Assembly: GCF_006345805.1 (NCBI RefSeq)
Contig: NC_043003.1
Span: 26,908,001-26,972,000 of the forward strand
Origin: Octopus sinensis
Taxonomy: Eukaryota
Reading direction: 5' to 3'
DNA: 64,000 nucleotides
Shown: positions 1-12,771 of the stretch, in pieces
Numbering within the stretch: the first letter of the stretch is position 1
How the letters are laid out: every line of letters begins with the position of its first letter
Notes under the pieces: model-generated
The model's input: the letters and a program-made list of their open reading frames with translations, nothing else
Told to the model about the DNA's origin: nothing
Database searches by the model: none
Translations under genes and position numbers: made by a program

Positions 1-377
1 CACTGCAAGATGTACAAGAAAGTATTATAACAGTAAAAAAATAATATGGGTGAAAAAAGAAGTGGCATTCCCTAACCAGTTATAATTATAGGCAAAGAAA
101 AATTCAAAAAAACTTGATGAAACATTTGGATCAGAGATCGATCCTAGTGGACAGGAGGTGAGATTTGAAACCTTGCCTCCGGTATTAGACTGGGAAGACG
201 TAGTAAAAATAATGACTAAAGACGTTAAAGTAATTACGAAAAACAAGATAACTGATTAAATTTAACTACCAAGTACGGGCGAGGCTCGAGTAGACATTAC
301 ATCCTCATTATTACCCTTGCATTTATTTCATACGCTTTTTATTTTTTTTCTCCACTGTTCAAATTGTCTGTCCTCGT

Positions 378-600
378 TTGAACTCAGAACGTAGCGGCAG
401 ACGAAATACTTATTTCTTTACTACCCATAAGGGGTTAAACACAGAGGGGACAAACAAGGACAGACAAATGGATCAAGTCGATTATATCGACTCCAGTGCG
501 TAACTGGTACTTATTTAATCGACCCCGAAAGGATGAAAGGCAAAGTCGACCTCGGCGGAATTTGAACTCAGAACGTAGCGGCAGACGAAATACGCTAGCG
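378..600 (-). mobile_element. Nin-domain SINE copy
   Basis: Reverse complement of the 62752 family. Confidence 0.75.
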
Positions 601-751
601 GTGTCATATGAAATTGTCACCCATAATTATGACCCTAGAATCGATCTATTGCATTTCAATCTATTTTAGATTTAGGGTTAGGGGTGGGGGAAGGGTATCT
701 TTTTTTCTTCACAAATATAAATGAACCCAATCTGTTTCTTAAACGAGGGAC

Positions 752-1120
752 ATATTCATACGGCACAGAATGCTTTTTAACTCAATAGACGTCAGTGATT
801 GGTTGAAATTGCAGAAATTGAAGAAATTAAAGACCAAATATATTACAAACTATAGGATTTTCTCAATAAAGCCAAGAGAAAAAGATGTTTTATAAACACA
901 TTCTACCAGTATACGAAGTTTAAAATTTTTTAGTTATATTCATACGGCACAGAATGCTTTTAAACTCAATAGACGTCAGTGATTGGTTGAAATTGCAGAA
1001 ATTGAAGAAATTAAAGACCAAATATATTACAAACTATAGGATTTTCTCAATAAAGCCAAGAGAAAAAGATGTTTTATAAACACATTCTACCAGTATACGA
1101 AGTTTAAAATTTTTTAGTTA
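752..1120. repeat. ~184-bp perfect tandem duplication
   Basis: ATATTCATACGGCACAGAATGC...TTTTTAGTTA occurs twice. Confidence 0.85.
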
Positions 1121-1755
1121 CCTAGAAATTATGTTAAAAACCGAAAAAATCCGAATCAAATCCATAGTTTCTTTGTATGAAGCAAGTTATGAAACAACTT
1201 GTATGTGGTCGCTCGCTTTGCTAGAGATAACAACAAAAGCATAACATTAAATTGTAACTAGGAAGTTGTAGTTGTTTAAATATTTTAGTTCTTAAACCAG
1301 GTTGTATAGTTTCAGTATAAATATAGGATGATATGGTAATGTATACAACGCTTTGATTGTAAGCACTAGTGTAGCTGGTGGGGGGGGGGGGAGTAGGAAC
1401 AGTCCAACCCGGATGGTACTTTTAAAGGGGCGACACTTTTGGGTTTGCTGTAGGCATTATGTGTTTTTTGTGGGGTTTGAAGGCGGTAAACAGAAGGGCA
1501 GTCCAGGGCAGCACACTAGTGGCGCTAATGACTGTAATAAGCATGATTTGGTATTAAACAGCAAACTAAACAACAATACTACTCGAGTGTTGTGACGTCA
1601 TGAGTTTAGAGTTATTTTGTTTTATGCTAATATAGCGCCATTGAACATACCATATTTAAGTAAAGTGAAAGAAAACCTATATAAAATTATTGGAAACGAT
1701 GTAAGGTAATGAGGGCATAACCGTAGCAAGCAATTAAATGTGAGTGCAATGTATA

Positions 1756-1799
<44 letters not shown>

Positions 1800-1982
1800 T
1801 TTATTCTGAAACAAAACTGTCCGACGAACGGGAAAGTAAAACTGAGTAACAGTTTTTGTGATATTTTTGCTGCTTTTTTAATAAACCATATTACTCTACC
1901 TCTAGTATTCGAGTACTATTTTTTCCACCTTGTTTCGCAATTATGTGCTTACTTTGGTGTGTATATATATATATATATATAT

Positions 1983-2302
<320 letters not shown>

Positions 2303-2693
2303 AAAAGTCCCCTATTTTATTTAATTTGCTTTGCGGGAAGGATTGTTTCAATGGAGTCGCGTCTTGTCCTTACCTTCGTAACGCGGGTTAGATGAAACAG
2401 GGACAACTGAAGAAGGGGAAATATTCTTTATATTGCATGTCTCGTTTCTCTGTTTGTATTTTTTTTCGTTGTTCGAAAAAGAGTTCGTTTTCTGTTTTTG
2501 CTTTTGTTTCTCATCGTGTTCAACTTTTTTTATGTCCTGTACCCATATATGCATGTATATATACATATAAATGTAGGTATGTACATATATATATGCATAT
2601 ATTTATATATCATATATAGGTATGTATGTATGTATGTATGTATGTATGTATTATGTATGTATGTATGTATGTATATTTATATACATATATATA

Positions 2694-2745
<52 letters not shown>

Positions 2746-2818
2746 ATTATATTATATATATCAGTAGGGGCAAAATAATGCAATGTGTATAGAAAGCCTG
2801 TTGTAGACGTGTTCAGTT

Positions 2819-2978
2819 ATCGCTTCTCGGCCTTTTCGCTAAGATCAAAGTGTAGTATTTATCCTTATCAGCTTTATATCTGAATATCTGAAACATTTAG
2901 GGCCATACAACGAGGCGAAAAGTTATAGGGCTTGCCTTTGCCACGGGTTGACCTAGTATTGCAATACTTCGAAGATAT
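2819..2978 (+). pseudogene. U2: Degenerate U2 snRNA copy
   Basis: ATCGCTTCTCGGCCTTTTcGCTAAGATCAAAGTGTAGTA matches the U2 5' end and branch-point recognition sequence. The 3' part CCACGGGTTGACCTAGTATTGCAATAC resembles stems III/IV. The stem IIb and Sm-site region is shortened or mutated. Confidence 0.85.
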
Positions 2979-3014
2979 AATTAAATCATAGATTGACTTA
3001 CACACACACACACA

Positions 3015-3105
<91 letters not shown>

Positions 3106-3311
3106 TTGCTCTGTGTGTGTGTCTCTCTCTCTCCTTTGCTCTGTGTCTCCTTTTCTCGTATCCACAGATTTACCATGCGAGTTTTGTTTTTACGATTCGC
3201 AGTCTCAGTTCAAATACTTCTGAGGCTAAGAAACTTTCCGCTTTCAGCACCTTCGAATGATATAAGCATTTTAAATTTAGGAACACTTGTAACAAGATAC
3301 TCTATGTGTTA

Positions 3312-3480
3312 TGTATTTCGTCTGCCGTTACGTTCTGAGTTCGAATTCCGCCGAGGTCGACTTTGCCTTTCATCCTTTCGGGGTCGATTAAATGAGTACC
3401 AGTTACACACTGGGGTCGATATAATCGACTTAATCTGTTTGTCCCCTCTGTGTTTAGCCCCTTGTGGGTAGTAAAGAAAT
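3312..3480 (+). mobile_element. 5'-truncated Nin-domain SINE with 23-bp TSD
   Basis: AGATACTCTATGTGTTATGTATT occurs at 3295-3317 and 3481-3503. Confidence 0.8.
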
Positions 3481-4294
3481 AGATACTCTATGTGTTATGT
3501 ATTGAACACTTTCAATTATAGGGACACTGATTAAATCTGACCAGTTTCTAGCGAGTCAACGACGAAGCCTCTGAACTGGTGCTCCATCTGCTAGAAATGC
3601 CAGCTAACTACTCCTCAGACTCATTCTTAGAATCTTAAAAATGAACAAAAAATAATCGTTTAACAGTATAGTTCAAGATTTGTATGAAAAAATTATGGTC
3701 ATGTCTGGGACGGCTGAACAACAATCCATTTTGTTGTTAACGATTAACTCTAACCTAATGATTTTTGGTTTGAAGCAAACTACTCTCTTTAATGAGCAAC
3801 GAGCAAGCAACAGCACTCTGTGGTGACTCGATTTGTTAGAAATAATAGCCATAACAAAACATTCAATAGTTACGAGGAAGTTGTTACGTTTAAATATACA
3901 TTAGCTATTAGACCAGGATGTATAGCTTCAATATAAAATTACGATTTGATAGTAAGTCTGCTCGATTAAACATCGTCTGATATTAAACAGCCAACAACAA
4001 TGGTGTTAGGGTGTCATGAAGCAAAAGAAGTGGTAGATAAATGGCCAATAGCGTTAATGTAGTAACACCATTTTGACTTGTTTTAGTTATTTAGCTGTAT
4101 GCTATTATAATGTCATTAAACATTAAATATTTATGCAAACTTAATGAAATTTATATAAACTTATTGGAAATGATACAAGGTATTAAATTCATTAAGAAAA
4201 TTTATGTAAATTTTATCAAAAAATCAAATTGAGTTATGGAGATGTACTTGCATAGCAAGTGACCTGATCTGAGATCGTGTGCTGGAACGAAAAT

Positions 4295-4626
4295 AATTGC
4301 AGCGGGGAAGGTGTTTATAAGCCATTTAAGAAACACACAAAAACCGTTAGATTCACTTCAACATTTAAATTTAATTTGTCAAAATATTTTCATCGCTTTG
4401 AAACCGCGACCTGCTCAGTGACAAAATTCGGTGCTTAATTTGTCAAAATATTTTCGTCGCTTTGAGATCGCGACCTGTTCACTGACAAAATTCTGTGCTG
4501 CAAAGAATTTTGTCAGTGAACAAAGTGACGAAAATATTTTGACAAATTAAATTTAAATGTTGAAGTGAATCTAACGGTTTTTGTGTGTTTCTTAAATGGC
4601 TTCTCAACACCTTCCGCGCTGCAATT
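4295..4626. mobile_element. Fold-back element with ~100-bp inverted arms (Penelope-like pseudo-LTR candidate)
   Basis: AATTGCAGCG...AAACACACAAAAACCGTTAGATTCACTTCAACATTTAAATTTAATTTGTC is mirrored at 4540-4626 and encloses the hammerhead-like motifs. Confidence 0.6.
4373..4492 (-). ncRNA. Two tandem minimal type-I hammerhead-ribozyme-like motifs
   Basis: Minus strand reads TTTGTCA-GTGAACA-G-GTCGC(loop)GCGAC-GAAA-ATAT-TT-TGACAAA (4492-4437), with a sibling carrying core CTGAGCA (4428-4373). Confidence 0.55.
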
Positions 4627-4873
4627 AAATTGAGTGTTATGTGTAATATAATAAATCAGTGAGTTTAAAACAGAGCAATATATATAGAAAGTCCGTGGTA
4701 GTGTTGCAAACGGACGTCTTTCTGAAAATGTATATGAGTACGGTGATTCTTTTTGCTTGTTAAAATTTTGGTGAGGGTGGTCTCGTGTGAGGCTGCCCAT
4801 TGTTGAATTAATTGTTTGAACTGCTGATTTTAAAAATATTGTTGTTGGCCATTTCAGCAGTTGTGTTGTTGCT

Positions 4874-5786
4874 ATGAGTTTGCCACTTGTAGAGATAGAA
4901 AGTGGTGTCAGCATGGAGTTTGATACTATTCAGAGCTATGCAGCTGCTGCCAGGTCCAGTATAACACAAGAAGAGTCAAAAATGGAAATGGCAACGCTAG
5001 GCCTGAGCAGAATAGAGATGAAAATAGAAGAAATAAAGAAATGCAAGAAAATTATCAAGAAGGAGGGAACAACATATTCCATAGTACCTCCGGAATAAGC
5101 TTTAGAACAAACAAGAAGGAGAACAGTAGTGTATAGATCACAGCTAATTGAAACCAGAAAAATGGAAGTGGTAACAGAAAGAGAAATAGAGGAATGCTTA
5201 AAACCAATACCGGAATACGCAAAATACTAGACGAGAGGAAGAAAGCGAAGAATCAGCGAGAGAATTCTCGACCAGGGTGTTAAAATCGAAATGCGAAAAT
5301 TAGGGTAGGTCCTGTGCCCCCGGAGATTGAAGAAATATGGGTAGTGGCAGCAGTTTTGGCTGCCACTGAAGAGGCAGCACGATTAATAAGCTCAGCCTGA
5401 ACCAAACAGATAAACTAATGGGGATACGGCTTGGAGATTGAACTACATGTATTGAGTAAGGACATAGAAAAAATTCCTTACGGAATAGGATTGCCAGAGG
5501 AAAGGACATTAAAAATTGTAGTAGAAGGAAGAAAACCAAACTGTCACTTATGCGGAAAAAGAGGCCACATGAAAATAGATTGCCCGGATTATTCCAAGCT
5601 GACTGGGAGAAAAAGTGAAATAATAAGTGAACCAGTTGTGGTGCAAACTGCGATTGAGCCAGAGATAAATGAAGAGAGAGAAAACAGTGGACAGCAGCGA
5701 TGGAAGCAACTGTGCAATAAAACCAAAAAGGAGGAAAGAAAATGGAACCAGGCAGATACCAGAATCAAGTGCTCCACATGTTTATA
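4874..5786 (+). mobile_element. Degenerate retroelement gag/ORF1 fragment with CCHC zinc knuckle
   Basis: Broken purine-rich ORFs. CHLCGKRGHMKIDC fits C-X2-C-X4-H-X4-C. Cut off by a Helitron. Confidence 0.65.
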
Positions 5787-6299
5787 TCTATATATATAAA
5801 ACTCTAGTTGTGTGAGTGTCTGTCCCCTTCGATTTAGATTCCTAACTACTCCCACATTTTGCGGTGCAGTTTAACCAAATTCGGGTATCTTATAGTCGTG
5901 ATTCATATCGAGCTCGTCTGAGTATTAGCACGCGTCTACGATGAGTTTACGATTTTAAAAATAATTTAACATCATTTTTTATTCCATTTTAATGCATAAT
6001 TTTTCGTGTGTCGATGGCGGCGGAGTTGGCGTCTAAGGTCACACTTGCACCTGTTTGCTTCTTCCCCTTCTTCCCTCCCTCGTGAAGCTGTGGGGAAGGC
6101 AGTGTAAGGAAATCAACGTCGTAAAGCGTTGTCAAGGAGACCAGTGTTCTTTTAGAACAACGACTTCATGGCTTGAAGACACCAAAACAAAAATGGCTAA
6201 GAAAGCCCGAATTGGCATCTATAAGGGAAGTAACTCTCTAAAAATGCTTATATAGTTATTTCCCTTACAAACCCGAGCAACGCCGGGCGATACTACTAG
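5787..6299 (+). mobile_element. Non-autonomous Helitron
   Basis: A|TC...CTAG|T ends, subterminal hairpin CCCGAGCAACGCCGGG and no TSD. Nearly identical to 56028-56545. Confidence 0.8.
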
Positions 6300-7895
6300 T
6301 GTTATATATGAAAATAAGCTCCAAAAGTATATATTTATACCAGAGAGAGTAGAATATAGAGGTATACAATGTCTATGGTAGGTTTACACCATGAAATAGT
6401 AGCTAACTTCTCCACCCAAACAAATCAAACTTTCACGCCTTAAGAATGTAATATGCTTGTGTTGAATAATATTATTCTAGGTGTCTATATGAGGAAAGGA
6501 TGGTCATTACTGGAACACCAACTCAAAGGGGACTAAAATGCTAAATAAAAAGCAACCCTATTTTGCTCACATGATTCACCTAACAGTATTCTAAGCAATA
6601 TTTTGTGCTCATTGTGATTTAGCAGTGGAAACGAACTTAGTGTCCCTTTTTATGAAAAAAAATAATGAACTGACCTCTATGTGGTCGCTCGATTTGCTAG
6701 AAATACCAACCAAAACATTCACTGTTGACAAGGAAGTTGTTAGTTGTTTACATATATATTAGCGATTGGACCAGAATGTACATTTGTAATATCTAGATAA
6801 GATCTATGGTTATATGTAGATGGCTTTGATCCTAGTTCTGCTCGATTAAGCATGACTTAAACAGTGAAAAACACAGCAGGTGACTCAAAGCAAATGAAGT
6901 AGCAGTTCTGAAGCCAACAACTCTCTCTCTATTATAGTGACATCATGTGACAAGTTTGTGTTATTTAGTTTGTGTTATTACTAGCTGATGTGCCCAGTAA
7001 TTTCCAGGAAAGTGGGGCTTATCCATTGACTCCGTTCTCATAATAGTTTTGCTAATCCAATAACAACAAGAATACAAAGTATGTAGCCCTTAAAATGGTT
7101 TTTGTGCATTTATTGAGAATACCGAACTGTCTTACACAGGATCTTTAGGAAATCCCAATAAGTTATGAATACCCAATTTGTGAAGTCAGTTATGTAATAA
7201 CATGAAATTAGTTACCCGATAATAAGAATTAAAATAAAGTAGTCCCGAAAAGAGCTTTAATGCGTTCCTAGAGTATATAGAACATAGGAAATACTAATAA
7301 GGTATGTATACTAAAATCATGAAGCATGTTACGTAATAACAGACTAATCAGAAATGAGATAATAACAATTCAAAGTAAATAACACTGAAAAGGGCTTTTG
7401 TGCATTCCCAGAGAATATTACCCTCAGGGGTGCTGGTGTTGGTATATTCATGAATAAGTCGCTAACCGAAATAAGTGGATCTATTGTTTAGGAAAATACT
7501 ATTTACTTGTTTAAGGGTTATACTGGATAAATTGTGAGAATAACAGTTCAAATACTAAGAAATAAGCATACTTAATTTCATTTTTTACCAAATAATTTAG
7601 GAAAATGGGTTATTTCTCTTGGCTATATATAAGGATCCCTTCCAGGGACTCCTCTCCCACTGAAGACAACTCAGACCCTTTAAGGTCTGAATACATTTTC
7701 TCTAAACCACTGCCAAGCAGCACAAAAATTCTGTCCGACTCTCAAGAAAACAAACCAGCAACTGAATCAACACATGCGCAGTAACTGTCTTCTACCTCAC
7801 CAGCTCCTGTCACCTGTTCTACCCAGGCATGCATGGAAGACAGACATTAAACGATGATGGTGATTATGATGTTGCTGATGATGATGATATATATA

Positions 7896-8290
7896 TAGAA
7901 ATAGCAGTCAAAAACCGTTTATTCCTATTTACTACAAATATAGCTCCACATATAACATTTACTTGTAACTCACATATGCAAAAAAAAGGAAAAATAACGA
8001 AAACAAACAGTCATCGGTCAGTTGTGGATGCGTTTCTGGGTTAGAATTTTTTTGCATATGTGAGTTACAAGTAAATGTTATATGTGGAGCTATATTTGTA
8101 GTAAATAGGAATAAGCGGTTTTTGACTGCTATTTCTAAATTTTTGGTATGTGGCTAAGCAACTTGTTGCTTAACCCTATTTATATATATATGTATATATA
8201 AAGCGTTCCTACCGATAATGGTTATATTTCCATACCGAAACTACTTGGTAATAATTATTAATTTTTAAAATTAATAATTATTTACCCTTA
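7896..8290. mobile_element. Fold-back element, TAGAAATAGCAGTCAAA family, copy C
   Basis: ~90-bp near-perfect inverted arms (7896-8137) plus a one-sided tail (CTACTTGGT...TTACCCT), with (TA)n on both flanks. Confidence 0.7.
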
Positions 8291-8325
8291 TATATATATA
8301 TCCTTGCTTGGATATTTATCACTTC

Positions 8326-8868
8326 CGAGGGTCCACCATAATAATGAGACACATTTTAATTTCTAGTATCTTTGGATTATAAAGATGACAGAGCATACCA
8401 AATATATTTATTTCATAACTGATATATAGGAGGTCAACATATTATCTAAGATTTGATTATTACATCCTGGAGATGGTGACCACCATAAAGAGAACATTCA
8501 GGGGCTTGCTTTCTCATATCATGCACACTGCAGCTTAGCATATCAACTGGAATGACAGCAATCGCCTGTCGCACAGAAGTTTGTAACAGCATGCAAGATC
8601 ATTGTTCAGGATAGTGCCTGTCATTTTCGAAAATACTGTCGGAATTTTCTTTGGGCCACAACAATGCTCCTTGGCTGGTGAATATGCTTTGACCAGGTAT
8701 CTTATTTCTTTTGGAGTGCACAACATTATGAAGGTCACCAACACCAACTATCTGCAAAAGAACTCCTATGTAATAGTTATGAAATAAATATATTTGGTAC
8801 TCTATATCATTTTTATAATACAAGATACAAACATTTAAAATATGTCCCATCATTACAGCCCACCCTCT
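8326..8868. mobile_element. MITE or deleted DNA transposon with ~105-bp TIRs
   Basis: ACCAAATATATTTATTTCATAACT...ATAGGAG is mirrored at 8763-8868. Confidence 0.6.
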
Positions 8869-9213
8869 GTGTGTGTATTGATTCCTGTATATAGGCATCT
8901 ATGTCTGTGTGCAAAATAAAAAAAAAAATGATCAAATGTAGTGGGAATATAATTAGCTGAAACAGAGAGACATAGAAAAGGCAAGAGTAATTATTACGGC
9001 GATATAAGATATCAGCAACTAAGAGAAGTTATTGATGGTAGCTATCTTATTTCTATCATACTAGAAATTATTCCCGTTCATGCTTCTAAACTTTTTACCT
9101 TCACTCTCTCTCTTCCTCTCTCTTTCTCTCCCCCTCTGTTTGTGTTATATATATGTGAGTGTATATATGTTATGTAACACATACATACATGTATGTGTAT
9201 ATATATTTATACA

Positions 9214-9322
<109 letters not shown>

Positions 9323-9397
9323 GTGTGTGTATGTATACATATTGGGTTAAGGTGCTCAAAGAATGAATGTAATATGAAACATTAAATGTTTTTTCCA

Positions 9398-9606
9398 GGT
9401 GGTACTATTACGTTAGACATGGCCTGGGCCAATTCTGGTTGAAAATTTATCTAAGTACACACACATACACACATGTGTGTGTGTATACACACACACATAC
9501 ACACGCACACACACATACACACGCAAGCTTATATAAAACTTAGATAACTTAGATATATTTCGACCAAAGATTGGTCCATGCTATGTCTAGCTTAATAGCA
9601 CCACCT
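9398..9606. repeat. Diverged inverted repeat around a (CA)n core
   Basis: GGTGGTACTATTA..TAGACATGGC..ATCTAAGT is mirrored by ACTTAGAT..GCTATGTCTA..TAATAGCACCACC. Confidence 0.5.
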
Positions 9607-9619
9607 GATAGGTTTAGAT

Positions 9620-10745
9620 AAATCCTTTTTAAGTCAAGTTTTATGGTATCATGGTTAATTCGAATAGGGAGTTCTTGTTGAATGGGTTGTATCCAGGTAT
9701 AGGTGGCTTATCTGGTATTCCTTGAAGAAATTTGTCCAGATTTCATCTAAAGGTGAAGGAATCCTTTCCCTCTTTGATCTATTTCGGAACAATGTTAAAT
9801 AGAGCAGGGCCTGTTGAGGAAAAGAAATTGTGTGGCAGTGATCTTGAAATGGGTAGGGGACATATGCCCCGTGGTCCTAGCCTTGGATGAATTTTAAAGC
9901 TAATGTTGAGGTCATTTGGGCAATGCTGATGGTGTATTCTCCACATCATGCAAATGATGTATCACTCATAGTGGTGCTGGAGAGAATAGAGTTTCAATGC
10001 TTTAAGGTGGTCCCAGTTATCAAGATCACTCATGCCCTTAATTCTTTTAGTGAATGTCTTCTGGGATGTTTCAGTTTTTGAAATGTTTTGTTTTGTATGG
10101 GGAGACCACAGGGGACAGCAGTATTTGAGGTGTGACCATACAAAGGAGGAGAAAGAGGAATGATGATACCTTGTCCTCTGGATCCAAGTGCTCATCCTAT
10201 GAGCTATATCAACCTTATTGTTGATGTGGGCATTTCGGCTGAGATTGTTGTCAACAATTACTCCTAGGTTTCTGATATTATTAGATGCTATGAAAGGTTC
10301 CCCCGAAGGAAGAGAGTATGGCTGTTTTAGCATAGTCCTTCTTCCAAAATGTGTCAGCTCAAATTTTCCCTTGTTCAGTTGCATTTTGTTTTTGTCTGCC
10401 CATTGACTCACAGCTTATAGATCAGACTGGAGTTGAGTTCAGTCTTCTTCTTCACTGATAATTTTCTGGAGCTTGGAGTCAACAGTGAATATTTTCACTT
10501 TGCTGTATTTTATGGTGCTGGAAAGGCCATTTATATAGTCTATAAAGAGAAGGGGTCCCAAGACAGTCCCCTGAGGGACACCACTGATAACTTTTTTCTG
10601 GGCTTGGGTGGATTCCACTGATCGCAACATGTTGTGCTCTGTTCTCCAAGAAATACTCAATCCAGTATAGTTTTCCACAGATTCCAACATTCAACTATTT
10701 TGACAATAGGATATTGTGGTCGACTTGGTTGAACACTTTACTGAA
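9620..10745 (-). mobile_element. CR1/L2-group LINE reverse-transcriptase fragment, frameshifted
   Basis: Motifs SGVPQGTVLGPLLF, QWADKNKMQLNKGK, RNLGVIVDNNL, HLKYCCPLWSP and LKALKLYSLQ. Confidence 0.85.
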
Positions 10746-10752
10746 ATCAAGA

Positions 10753-10796
<44 letters not shown>

Positions 10797-10800
<4 letters not shown>

Positions 10801-10983
10801 GCACATAAAATCACCCACTACACTCTCGGAGTGGTTGGCGTTAGGAAGGGCATCCAGCTGTAGAAACACTGCCAGATCTGACTGGCCTGGTGCAGCCTTC
10901 GGGCTTCCCAGACCCCAGTTGAACCGTCCAACCCATGCTAGCATGGAAAGCAGACGTTAAACGATGATGATGATGATGATGAT
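10797..10983 (+). mobile_element. Retroposon 3' end with (GAT)n tail
   Basis: GGCGTTAGGAAGGGCATCCAGCTGTAGAA...CCCATGCTAGCATGGAAAGCAGACGTTAAACGATGATGAT. Related tails lie at ~7822 and ~15708. Confidence 0.6.
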
Positions 10984-10990
10984 ATATATA

Positions 10991-11452
10991 TACAGTGTAC
11001 ATTTAAACACACAAGAGGCATCTATCAAGTTAAAGAGGATTGTTAAACTCCAAACCACAATTAGGGATAAAATTTCGAAGGGACTGAAAAATAAAAAACT
11101 GGGGCATATACTGGATTGCCTCGTGTATATATATTTAATCTAAAATATACCTGCTAAAGAAGAATTTGTCTAGCAAATTATTTTATTTACTAAAAAAAAG
11201 TCTGAAACCATTGGTCCAAGAGTTAGATGGTAAATGTTTTTATTTTTCATTCCCTTTGAAATTTTATCCCTAGGTTTGGAATTTAACTGTCCTCTCTAGC
11301 ATGCAAGGAATCCTATGATGGATGCCTCTTGTATGTTTAAATGTACACTGTATTTGTATGAATAATATATAGTCTATTGACTAAATTTCTACATGCTAGG
11401 CCACTGGTAATGGAAATTTCAAATATTTCTGATTACCCTTTGATATTATTAA
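10991..11452. mobile_element. Fold-back element with different arms but a similar tail and (TA)n flanks
   Basis: TACAGTGTACATTTAAACA...TGTTTAAATGTACACTGTA are inverted arms (10991-11352). The tail CATGC..CACTGGT..TTACCCT runs into (TA)n. Confidence 0.55.
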
Positions 11453-11651
11453 TTATATATATATATATATAATTTTAAGTCACACTATATGGAGTCAAGT
11501 AATCCAGTAGTACTCATAAAAAAGCTCCTTCATGTGTCATTGTCTAAACCATATAAAATATATTGTGATATACAAGAGAAAAGGATAAGGAGTGTATGTA
11601 GTCAAAAATGACTGAGAAATATTTTAATGAATCTTTATTTAACAATAAAAA

Positions 11652-11947
11652 ATCCAAATATCATGACAAACTTGTTTCATAACTCAAAGAACAGGTAAAT
11701 AACTTATATTATCGTATTTAATAAATAATAAATAAATTACATATCTGCAAAGATACAAAATGTAAAGATTTCTTTCAAAATAATGAAGAGTTTCAGCTAT
11801 GTCATCAGGTGAAATGAATTTTATGTTAAATGTAAATCTTGGCGTAACGAAAGACATGGAAGTAATTTATTTATTATTAAAAATGATAATAAAAGTTATT
11901 TACATGTTTTTTGAGTGATGAAACAAATTTGTCGTGATATTTGGATA
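11652..11947. repeat. Inverted-repeat element
   Basis: ATCCAAATATCATGACAAACTTGTTTCAT... is mirrored by ...ATGAAACAAATTTGTCGTGATATTTGGAT. Confidence 0.55.
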
Positions 11948-12075
11948 TTTGAATCGACCCCAGTTCATATTTTTTAAACCTGGTAGTTATTCCATCATTC
12001 TCTTTTGCTGACCCGCTAAGTTACAGGAACAAACACACCAACATCACTTGTCAAGCATAATGACAACCCATATAG

Positions 12076-12107
<32 letters not shown>

Positions 12108-12318
12108 CATCATCATCATCATATATATATACATACAATAGGCTTTGGATGGCCCAAGACTATAGTAGAAGACACTTGGCCAAGGTGCCATGCAGTAGGA
12201 CTGAACCTGGAACCATGTGGTTGTGAAGTGAGTCTCTTATCACATAGCCATGCCTTATAATAGATATATGAATAAATACGTATATACGAGTATGTACATA
12301 CATGCACATGCACACATG

Positions 12319-12356
<38 letters not shown>

Positions 12357-12592
12357 GAGTGAGCGATCAAATTAAATAAAGTAGTACTTAATGGATTTGG
12401 TTGGAGTTACATGTATATAATCTTCCCCGGTGTGCAACTGGTACTTAATTTATTGACCGTGATGAAAGGCAAAGTCAATCTTGGCAGAATTTGAACTCAG
12501 ACTGTAAAGACAGACGAAATACCACTAAGCATTTTGCCTGGCATGATAACGATTCTGCCAGCTCACCACCTTATGTAACATGTATATAATAA

Positions 12593-12771
12593 CACTTTGA
12601 CTCAGCTCCACATGACTTAAAGGATTAGTGGGCGGGTAGGACACGTCCATCTCGTTAGCATGTAGGGCAGGGAACATTTAATTAAACTACCTCCGCCTAC
12701 AAACACCTTGTGATGTAGATGTGTCTTACATGCCCACAAAGCTTTAAATCATGTGGAGCTGAGTCAAAGTG
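12593..12771. repeat. Inverted-repeat element
   Basis: CACTTTGACTCAGCTCCACATGA ... TCATGTGGAGCTGAGTCAAAGTG. Confidence 0.6.

Noticed and set aside
4513-4914. ORF with CSVLNSLIYYIT, faintly like the start of a Penelope GIY-YIG domain
   Set aside because: No YIG motif or other conserved residues, so too weak without an HMM search.
6055-6255. ORF repeated at 56250-56501
   Set aside because: Internal to non-autonomous Helitron copies, with no recognisable domain.
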